A stretch of 64,000 bases of DNA from NCBI GenBank assembly GCA_964291315.2, contig OZ219753.1, forward strand, positions 896,001 to 960,000. The letters run 5' to 3'. The number at the start of each line of letters is the position of its first letter. Positions within the stretch are counted from its first letter, which is position 1. Shown piece after piece: positions 1 to 8,261 of this stretch. The notes under the pieces were generated by a model. It was not told the DNA's origin. It ran no database searches and worked only from the letters and a program-made list of their open reading frames with translations. A program made the position numbers and the translations under genes. Source of the stretch: Candidatus Poribacteria bacterium. GTDB taxonomy: Bacteria; Poribacteria; WGA-4E; WGA-3G.

Positions 1-1033
1 CGCTTAAACGGCTATTGACTAACATCTTGATTTGAAAGGTGCCGCTTTCAGTGGTGCGTGGGAAAACATTTGCGTTGGAAAAAGCGATAACGAATTCGCC
101 GCTGCCATTAGTACTCGGTGTTCCTGTTCGAGCGAGTCCGTGTGTTGCCCGTATGGCGAGCTGTTTGAGTTGGCGATGCGTCAAGGGAGCATCAGTCGCG
201 ATAACGATGATAAAAGAGCCCTCTCTGCCCAATTTGGGTGGGGAGTCTATGATTGCTTTGCCAACTGAAACACCGTCAATTCGCAATTCGGAACGTCTGC
301 CTCCGTTAGCGTTAACGAGGACCCCTATTGTCCAGCCGCCTTGTTTTTCGGGGAGAACGCGTGAGGATGTGCCGATACCTGCTTTGAACCCGTAGCATCG
401 CATGCCCATTCCGCCGCCAACGCAACCTTCTGCGACGGGGCCGCTTGTGGCGTTTTCTATAGCTTCAATCACGTGTTCTGCTTTGACATGGAGGCCGCTG
501 ATGTCATTCAACCCTCCATCGTAGCATTCAGCCACGATTGGTAGGACAATGTTGTCGTCCGGGTAACGCTTCACAATGTAGCGGACAATGCCATCATGAA
601 CTGCTCCTACGCTGAGCGTATTTGTAAGCAAAATGGGGGATTCAATCCAACCTGCTTGATTTATACGAGCGATGCCTGTTGCTTCCCCGTTGCCGTGAAT
701 GGTATGTGCTGCTCCAAACAGACGTGTTGTCCAGATATCATCGCTTGGCAGAATAGCAGTAACGCCGGTACGGATCGAATCACCTTCGTTCAGAGTGACG
801 TTCCCGACCTTGACCCCGGTTACGTCCGTAATGGCATTGTGTGGCCCGGTTGGCATGGTGCCAATCTGGATGCCGAGGTCACGTGCCCGGGCTCGAGGGG
901 CTGGGTCTGTAGGATCGGCATTTAGACTACCTATAGAGCATACGCAAAAAACAACTGTAAGAACGATCGAAAACGCTATTTTCTGGTCGTATACAGAGAC
1001 CCTTTTTCGTGTTTTTTTAAGAAATTTCTGCAT
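1..1033 (-). CDS. Peptidase S58 (DmpA/P1 family) aminopeptidase with N-terminal signal/TM segment; 3' end runs off the window
   Basis: Manual minus-strand translation from ATG 1033: MQKFLKK...hydrophobic stretch...RARDLGIQIGTMPTGPHNAITDVTGVKVG...RTGVTAILP...GNGEATG...PILLTNTLSVG, typical of DmpA. Absent from the ORF track because it is truncated. Confidence 0.85.
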   Translation of the reverse strand, partial: MQKFLKKTRKRVSVYDQKIAFSIVLTVVFCVCSIGSLNADPTDPAPRARARDLGIQIGTMPTGPHNAITDVTGVKVGNVTLNEGDSIRTGVTAILPSDDIWTTRLFGAAHTIHGNGEATGIARINQAGWIESPILLTNTLSVGAVHDGIVRYIVKRYPDDNIVLPIVAECYDGGLNDISGLHVKAEHVIEAIENATSGPVAEGCVGGGMGMRCYGFKAGIGTSSRVLPEKQGGWTIGVLVNANGGRRSELRIDGVSVGKAIIDSPPKLGREGSFIIVIATDAPLTHRQLKQLAIRATHGLARTGTPSTNGSGEFVIAFSNANVFPRTTESGTFQIKMLVNSRLS

Positions 1034-1580
1034 TTTCTACTAATTGATTCCTATAGATTGCGCGAATTTGATTAAAGATAGCAATATATGTTGGAGAACG
1101 GTAGTCAGGATAACTCCATTCCCAAGGTTGAAAGGTTTTGCGGTAGAAGCGGAGTGTAATTTCGGCATAAATGCCGTTGCGCAGGTAGAGGCGGTGCGCG
1201 TTGTCTTTAGTTGAGGCGAGTACAAGTTTCGCCATGCAGAGGTATCCTGCATCTAAATTTACACGGCGCGCCGCTCCTGCCGACTTTTTTATAGCGAAAG
1301 TTTGCTCCACTTTATTTGTAAATAATTTCATTTCTGCCAATATGCTGGCATCAATCAATCTTTCAAAACTGATAAACTGTCTTTGAATACCGGTTCCCAT
1401 CTCACTCTCGTAATACATTGTACTTGTGAAAGGTATCAGTTCACTCGTGAAATCAATGGGACCCAAATGGTGTGTTAGTTGAGAGTAAACAGTTGGCAGC
1501 AGGCAAGGTTCTGGAGTCAGCACTCCAATGATAGCTTTAACAGGTCGCGGTATTGTAATTGTCCCCATGCTGCTCTCCAT
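1017..1580 (-). CDS. DUF4416 family protein
   Basis: F-T-x-YY-x-x-EMG, R-x-VNLDAGYL, LVLASTKD-x-x-HRLYL, W-x-YPDY motifs; start may be 1568. Confidence 0.8.
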   Translation of the reverse strand: MESSMGTITIPRPVKAIIGVLTPEPCLLPTVYSQLTHHLGPIDFTSELIPFTSTMYYESEMGTGIQRQFISFERLIDASILAEMKLFTNKVEQTFAIKKSAGAARRVNLDAGYLCMAKLVLASTKDNAHRLYLRNGIYAEITLRFYRKTFQPWEWSYPDYRSPTYIAIFNQIRAIYRNQLVENAEIS

Positions 1581-1793
1581 AGCCTAACCGATAGCATGAG
1601 CTGCATGCGCTGCTATCCAGAATTGTGTACTGTCGAGTATACCAGACAATTTTTATCGTGTCAACGCTTCGTTGTTTGAACCAGGGGCATTTAGTTTTCC
1701 GATAATTTACGCCTGAATACTCATCTTATTTGTGGCAAGTAAACGTTCCGGATTATTTCTGAAAAGGGAAAAAATATATTTTTTTATTTTTTC

Positions 1794-1822
1794 TTGACAT
1801 TTGCTGAATTATAATGTATAAT
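1794..1822 (+). promoter_or_regulatory. Consensus sigma70 promoter upstream of rpoBC
   Basis: TTGACA (1794-1799), 17-bp spacer, TATAAT (1817-1822), with an AT-rich UP-like tract upstream. Confidence 0.8.
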
Positions 1823-2084
1823 ACTCTGTTATGCTATGTTGCTATATTCGAAAAGGAAAAGGCATTTAACAGGGACGGGCTTTTTTATTATATCTGCCCG
1901 CTAGAACAGCCACTCGTACGATGGCAGGTGTAGGCAGGCACCCTGGCATATTTTATCGCTTTTCTTTTGAAATGTGTTAACACATAGGCATAGAAACTAA
2001 CATCTTGGTGAGTTGACTATGCCCTCAAATTTGAAACAAAAGACCCTCAATACGAATCAACGGGTAAAACGGTCTATACCAGCG

Positions 2085-2775
2085 ATGTACCAGGTTCTGA
2101 TTGTGAAAGTCGTTCGCACCAGGAAGTTAAAGCTCCCCACACCCCTATTTATGCGGAGTCTGCGAAGGTGTGGAACGAGTGTGTCGAGTTGATGAATCTG
2201 TTTCGACATCAACGCGGGTATCCACTGCACGTCGCGGCTTCTACATCGTTAGTGCCTACAAAGGGCCGGGGATAAACACCTCTCCCCAAAGACAGATTTA
2301 TGTCCGCCAATACTAAGTAGATTGTTTTGATGAGACTTATCTGGCCACAAGTTTTTGAATTGCATTTTACGTATTCCGACAATCTCCTTCCGTCTGATAG
2401 CGGGTGGGGCTGTCTCCGTGTGGATGTTAGTGAAATCTGCTCGTTTCTTACGGACAACGCGTAGAAAACTATAAGGGGCGGTATATCGGGTCTCTATACT
2501 GTCTTCGGCATAAAGGATCTGCGTGGTTTCGTAGAAAGTTGGCTCAGTGTCAAAAGGGTTCTATTCAGTGGGCCAGATATCTGCGGTGCAAGTGGAAACG
2601 GCATCATCAGCTTAGGAAGGTTGTTATTAGCGATCTGACAGGTATTCACAACAGGTATGGTTTTAAGTAAGTATCATCATGACGGTGTTTGCGCGATCAA
2701 TATTTAGAGTAAAGTATCTGGGAGGGTTGCTCCCAGTAGCGGGGCTTGTGGCAGCCCGCAGAGGTTACCAACTAC
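2085..2775 (+). pseudogene. tnpB: Decayed IS200/IS605-family TnpB with frameshifts, stops and internal deletions
   Basis: Collinear fragments in shifting frames: AESAKVWNECVELM; VDVSEI (RuvC-I-like, ~2419); GRYIGSLYCLRHK...LAQCQKGSIQWARY; VVISDLTGI (RuvC-II-like); YHHDGVCAINI/KYLG (RuvC-III-like); PVAGLVA tail. Confidence 0.65.
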
Positions 2776-2916
2776 AAGTGTCTCAGTTGGTTTACGCGCA
2801 AGGGAAGCAATGTTAGCATGACTCACAGCGGTATTTAACCAAATCTCGCTGGCAGCGGATGTCAAAAAGTCTATTTTACGCTGCATAACCACCGCCAAAT
2901 AGGGAGGCTTCATTCA

Positions 2917-5900
2917 GTGAACACAAAGCCAAGTCGAAAAAAGAACAGACTATCGTTTGCCAAGACACAAGTTAGAGCCCCGCTCCCAGATCTCATAGAA
3001 ACTCAAGGCCTCTCGTATAACAAATTTTTACAACGAGATGTTCCGCCGGATGAACGTAAAGACACCGGTCTCCAAACTGTATTTAAGGAGATCTTTCCTA
3101 TTCGAGACTTTTCGGATGTCAATAGTCTTGAATTTGTCAGCTATAGCCTGGGTACGCCGAAGTACACGCTCCAAGAGTGCATTGCCCGTGGTGTAACGTA
3201 TCAGGTATCCCTCACTGCCCGTATTAGGTTAGTTCTACGCGAGGCAGATCCAGATGCAGATGATCCTCATGTTGTTGATATTCGCGAATCCGATGTCTAT
3301 CTCGGTGAAGTTCCGTTAATGACTGAGACTGGCAGTTTCGTTGTCAACGGCAGTGAGCGTGTAATCGTAAGCCAGTTACATCGCTCCCCGGGTGTTATTT
3401 TTCTTGAGAAGTTGTTACAAACCGGGCGCCGCACAACAACAGCACAAATTATTCCTTATCGAGGTGCTTGGGTCGAATTTGAAGTAGATGCCAAGGACCA
3501 TATCTATGTGCGTATTGACAAACGCAAAAAATTGCCTGCAACCGTCTTACTTCGAGCCCTTGGTTGGGAGTCCGATGCGGATATCCTGAAGCTCTATGCC
3601 AAAACGGAAAGGCTTGTATTTGATGGGTGGCGTGTTACCCATGTGGAAGCGCCTGCAAAGCAGATTAAACCCGGTGACTTGCTGAATAGTTCGGAATTCC
3701 GGCAGGCAAAAAAGGATTATCCAGGAATTGAAGCAGAGAAGTGCTATCGGGTTACTGCTGTAACCGACAAAGACTGCTCTCTCGACGTTGGACAGGAAAT
3801 TTCATATGGAGAGCGTATCCGTCTTCGTAGAAAATGGAAAGGCTTTGAAACTGATCTCCTCCGACGCGTCCTTGACCTTCCTAACAGTCGATGTGAGTTT
3901 GTTGTTGGGCAGATTTTAACAGATTCGGAGTACGAGGCGGCATGCACCCGTTATGGCAAAACGGCCTTCACAGTCGAGAAAGCGTCGTCCGAAGACTGTG
4001 AAGGCCGTGTCTGCGCCGAAGATGTTATCAGTCAAGACACCGGCGAAGTACTTCTCACAGCAAATACACTCCTCACTAAAACCGAGTTAGAGCGCCTGCA
4101 AGAATCCGCTGTTGAGGCACTCACAGTGCTTGATGAAGTAGATTGTCAGCATATTCGGTTTTTACGCAATACTTTAGAGCAAGACCGGCAAGCAGATTAC
4201 CCGGAGCAGCATAGTTTGAAAGATGCGGCATTACTCGACATTTTTCGCACGTTAAGACCTGGTGAGCCAGCTAGTATAGAAAATGCAAGCAAACACCTAT
4301 CATGGTTACTTTTTGATCCGAATCGTTATGATTTGGCGGTAGTTGGAAGATACAAGCTGAATAAAAAGTTTCAGAATACCGCTGTTTACGGAGAACCGCC
4401 GTCAGAGACTGTGCGCACTCTGCGCCCGGAAGATATCGCTGCCACGCTAGCCTATTTTCTTAGAGTGCATAATGGACTCAACCCAAAAGACGATCTCGAT
4501 CACCTCGGCAATCGGCGTGTGCGTGTTATCGGAGAATTGCTCGAAAATCAGTTTCGGATAGGACTATTTCAGATTCGCAGAACGACGCGTGAGCGGTTGA
4601 GTACCGCGAGCGATATTGATAAGATCTTACCGTCTACACTCGTCAATCCGAAACCTCTGATGATGGCCCTCCGTGAATTCTTTGGTTCAAACCAGCTGTC
4701 CCAGTTTATGCAGCAAATTAATCCGTTGGATGAACTGACACACAAACGTCGTATCTCGGCGATTGGGCCTGGTGGTCTCCAGCGAGATAGGGCGACTGCG
4801 GCTGTCCGAGATGTACATCCTACGCACTATGGCCGGATCTGTCCCTTGGAAACCCCTGAAGGTCCCTCGATTGGACTCATTGTTTCTCTAGCTTGCTATG
4901 GACGAATAAATCCTTACGGTTTTATAGAGACTCCGTATCATAAAGTTGAGGCAGGTAACGACGCTAAGAAAAAAGAGGGCGGTAACGGTTCGGTAGTTTA
5001 CTTATCTGCTGACAGCGAGGACACCGCCTACATTGCAGCGAAGGCGATACCCCGCGCTGCCAATGCAGATGTTGATGCTGTTGACCGGCTTTTGCCTGTC
5101 CGCACTGGAGAGGACGTATTCTCTCTTCCTATGGAGAGCGTCAATTATATCGGGGTTGCTCCGCAACAAATTGTTGGTGTTTCTGCTGCACTTGTCCCGT
5201 TCCTAGAGCATGAGGATGCGAACCGCGCCTTGATGGGATCCAACCACCAGCGCCAAGCTGTGCCGCTCATCCGGCCAGAGGCACCCTTGGTCGGAACCGG
5301 GATGGAGGAGCCGGCTGCGCGATATTCGGGAGCACTCATAACAGCGACACGTGCCGGAACCGTTACAAGCGTCTCCGCGGATGAAATTCTCATTTACACG
5401 GGCGAAACGCTGCATCAGGATAAGGGCGAAAATACATTCAGTGAGATGGGTTACGATATCTACAAACTTCAGACGTTCAAGCGCAGCAACAGTGGAACTT
5501 GTATTCACCAACGTCCTATTGTCGCTGTTGGGGATAAAGTAGAAATCGGACAGGTGATTGCTGATGGTACTTCTACAGAGAACGGAGAACTCGCCCTCGG
5601 ACGCAATGTCCTCTGTGCTTATATGCCCTGGGGTGGACACAACTACGAAGACTCTATTCTCATCAGTGAGGGACTCATTAAGAGGGATACCTTTACTTCT
5701 GTCCACATTGAAGAATTTGAGGTGGAGGCGCGTGAGACAAAAGTAGGTCCGGAGGAAATTACGCGTGATATTCCAAACGTTGGTGAACAGCAACTTACGC
5801 AACTCGACGAAGAGGGAATTATTCGGATTGGCAGTGTTGTTGGTACGGGAAGCATACTCGTCGGAAAGATTACCCCTAAAGGTGAAAGTGAGTATGGACC

Positions 5901-8175
5901 TGAGCAGAAGTTACTCCACGCAATCTTTGGTGAAAAGGTTAAGGAGGTCAAAGATGCTTCTACTTATGTCCGTCCTGGTGTGGAAGGTGTTGTCATTGAT
6001 GTAAAGGTATTCTCGCGGAAGCTGGATACTGCCCCGCGACGGGGCTGGTCACTAAGTGACTCCGATCCCTCAATTCCTGAGGCGTTGCATTTTGAGTCGA
6101 AACGCAAGCAGATTGAGCAGACTTGGCGCGAGCAGCTCGCTTCTATACGTCATCGGAAAATTGAGGAGATTCGTAAAACACTCATCGGATGTGAGCTCGC
6201 CGCCCCACTTTACGTATTTGCTGGCCCTGATACTGCTACTCCTTTCGCTGATGTCGGGGAGACGTTAACCGCCGAGATTTTAGATACCTATATTTCCGGC
6301 TTCACAGCTGATTCGTACTATACGATAATCGAGGACACAGTCTCCGCGTCTTTCAGAGCTGAAACGCTGTATCACGTAACAGAAGTGCCTGAATCTATCC
6401 CGACTATTGCTGTGCATTATCCTGACTTTTCAGTTGAAGAGCCGATAGCTGCTGAACCTGATGGAAACGATGGGATGATAAAAGATGTTTCCGGATCGTC
6501 ACACTTTGATCCTGAGACCGTTAACCAAGTACAAGCATATCTCAGTCGGATTTGTGCGCCACTCTTAGAAAATGCTGAGCCGATTCTCAACGAGACGATA
6601 GAGCCCTTAAGAATGCAGTCGGATTTTGTCGATGTTGTGCTTCATGGTGCCGATGGTAGCGCGGTTGCGGTCGTTGTGTGTGAGGAATCTCACCGTGAAG
6701 AGGGTTATCATTCTGAGCAGCTTAAAGAAGCTTTTACTGAGGCGGGGGCTCGATTTGGAGTACTGATAACCGAAGAAAACTCAGAACCTGATAATTGGGA
6801 TTTCTATGAATTAGCGGACAATACCGAATTGCAACCGGTAGCACGTTCTGAATTTGAGCAGGCTGTTGTCACACAACTCGAAACGGCTAGCAACGTCCCC
6901 AAGAAGGGACAAATGCTTACCCAAAGTGAATGGGAGGAATTCAGCCAAACGTATCCGGATCTACAAATAGAGATATTTTGGCGCATTACGCAAGTTTTTG
7001 ATGATGAGTTTCCATTGGCGGTTGACCAGACCGTTTCTGATGTCGAATATCAGCAAATCTGCAGAGACTTTCCGGAACGTCCTATTGCAGCCGGTCAGTA
7101 CTTAACGCCTCAGGCGCGCGACTCACTTGCGCTAACTGCTAAAGATCTTAAGACCGAGAATGTTTGGCGTGTCACCACAATTTTCGACCCGAGTTGCACA
7201 CTACCGCTTGAGGAGTATGTTTCTGATACTGAGTACCAAAAGGCTCGCAAGACCTCTAGGTTGTCATTCTCGGACATCCGGGTAACCGATGTGGAAGCGA
7301 TGGAACACATTCAACGGGTTGAAGAGATGGCGCAGGGCAGAATAACCGATTACACGGGAGAAAGAGAGCGCGCCCTCCATCAATTGGAAATGGGAGATGA
7401 ATTGAAACCCGGTGTCATCAAACGTGTGAAGGTCTATGTTGCGAGTAAGCGTCCGATTTCTGTTGGCGATAAGATGGCAGGCCGTTATGGTAACAAAGGA
7501 GTTGTTGCCAAAATCTTGCCTGAGGAAGATATGCCGTATCTTCCGGACGGCACCCCGGTTGAATTGGTGTTGAACCCGTTGGGGGTACCTTCTCGAATGA
7601 ACGTAGGTCAAATATTGGAGATCCATCTTGGGTGGGCGTGTCATGAACTCGGTATCCGAGCGGAATCTCCTGTTTTTGATGGGGCAACAGAGGAGGAAAT
7701 TTTTGAGATGCTCAGCAAAACCGATCTCCCGGAACGCAGTAAGCAGACTGGTAAAAGTATTCTTTATGACGGTAGGACAGGCGAGCCTTTTGCACAAGAG
7801 GTAACAGTCGGACATGTCTATTTCCTGAAGCTCAACCACCTTGTTGCTGATAAGATGCATGCTCGTTCTACAGGTCCCTATTCCCTCGTTACGCAGCAGC
7901 CTTTGGGGGGTAAGGCGCAGCATGGAGGGCAACGTCTTGGTGAGATGGAAGTTTGGGCGCTAGAGGCTTATGGTGCGGCACATACACTCCAAGAGATGCT
8001 CACTATCAAGTCAGATGACACTGAGGGCAGACGCGACATCTATGAGACGATTGTTAAAGGATTTAACCCGCCGCCCCCGGGTACCCCAGAATCGTTCAAA
8101 GTTCTCGTCCGTGAACTCCAAACACTCGGAATCCATGTCTCTCTTGACAAAGACAGTGATGATGGTGAGGATTAA
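2917..8175 (+). CDS. rpoB: DNA-directed RNA polymerase subunit beta with large lineage-specific insertions
   Basis: GSERVIVSQLHRSPG, DHLGNRRVR, Rif region, RICPLETPEG, GDKMAGR.GNKG, LNPLGVPSRMN, GGQRLGEMEVWALEAYGAA; RBS GGGAGG before GTG. Confidence 0.99.
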   Translation: MNTKPSRKKNRLSFAKTQVRAPLPDLIETQGLSYNKFLQRDVPPDERKDTGLQTVFKEIFPIRDFSDVNSLEFVSYSLGTPKYTLQECIARGVTYQVSLTARIRLVLREADPDADDPHVVDIRESDVYLGEVPLMTETGSFVVNGSERVIVSQLHRSPGVIFLEKLLQTGRRTTTAQIIPYRGAWVEFEVDAKDHIYVRIDKRKKLPATVLLRALGWESDADILKLYAKTERLVFDGWRVTHVEAPAKQIKPGDLLNSSEFRQAKKDYPGIEAEKCYRVTAVTDKDCSLDVGQEISYGERIRLRRKWKGFETDLLRRVLDLPNSRCEFVVGQILTDSEYEAACTRYGKTAFTVEKASSEDCEGRVCAEDVISQDTGEVLLTANTLLTKTELERLQESAVEALTVLDEVDCQHIRFLRNTLEQDRQADYPEQHSLKDAALLDIFRTLRPGEPASIENASKHLSWLLFDPNRYDLAVVGRYKLNKKFQNTAVYGEPPSETVRTLRPEDIAATLAYFLRVHNGLNPKDDLDHLGNRRVRVIGELLENQFRIGLFQIRRTTRERLSTASDIDKILPSTLVNPKPLMMALREFFGSNQLSQFMQQINPLDELTHKRRISAIGPGGLQRDRATAAVRDVHPTHYGRICPLETPEGPSIGLIVSLACYGRINPYGFIETPYHKVEAGNDAKKKEGGNGSVVYLSADSEDTAYIAAKAIPRAANADVDAVDRLLPVRTGEDVFSLPMESVNYIGVAPQQIVGVSAALVPFLEHEDANRALMGSNHQRQAVPLIRPEAPLVGTGMEEPAARYSGALITATRAGTVTSVSADEILIYTGETLHQDKGENTFSEMGYDIYKLQTFKRSNSGTCIHQRPIVAVGDKVEIGQVIADGTSTENGELALGRNVLCAYMPWGGHNYEDSILISEGLIKRDTFTSVHIEEFEVEARETKVGPEEITRDIPNVGEQQLTQLDEEGIIRIGSVVGTGSILVGKITPKGESEYGPEQKLLHAIFGEKVKEVKDASTYVRPGVEGVVIDVKVFSRKLDTAPRRGWSLSDSDPSIPEALHFESKRKQIEQTWREQLASIRHRKIEEIRKTLIGCELAAPLYVFAGPDTATPFADVGETLTAEILDTYISGFTADSYYTIIEDTVSASFRAETLYHVTEVPESIPTIAVHYPDFSVEEPIAAEPDGNDGMIKDVSGSSHFDPETVNQVQAYLSRICAPLLENAEPILNETIEPLRMQSDFVDVVLHGADGSAVAVVVCEESHREEGYHSEQLKEAFTEAGARFGVLITEENSEPDNWDFYELADNTELQPVARSEFEQAVVTQLETASNVPKKGQMLTQSEWEEFSQTYPDLQIEIFWRITQVFDDEFPLAVDQTVSDVEYQQICRDFPERPIAAGQYLTPQARDSLALTAKDLKTENVWRVTTIFDPSCTLPLEEYVSDTEYQKARKTSRLSFSDIRVTDVEAMEHIQRVEEMAQGRITDYTGERERALHQLEMGDELKPGVIKRVKVYVASKRPISVGDKMAGRYGNKGVVAKILPEEDMPYLPDGTPVELVLNPLGVPSRMNVGQILEIHLGWACHELGIRAESPVFDGATEEEIFEMLSKTDLPERSKQTGKSILYDGRTGEPFAQEVTVGHVYFLKLNHLVADKMHARSTGPYSLVTQQPLGGKAQHGGQRLGEMEVWALEAYGAAHTLQEMLTIKSDDTEGRRDIYETIVKGFNPPPPGTPESFKVLVRELQTLGIHVSLDKDSDDGED

Positions 8176-8261
8176 TAATAAGTATCAGCTGACAAGCATG
8201 AATAACTTAAGCGCCAAAGTGAGCGTAGTGAAAACCGACAACCTTAAAATAAGGAGGACTC

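Noticed and set aside
1829-2916. Large riboswitch or known ncRNA in the rpoB leader
   Set aside because: No known RNA motif recognised; most of the region is better explained as a tnpB relic.
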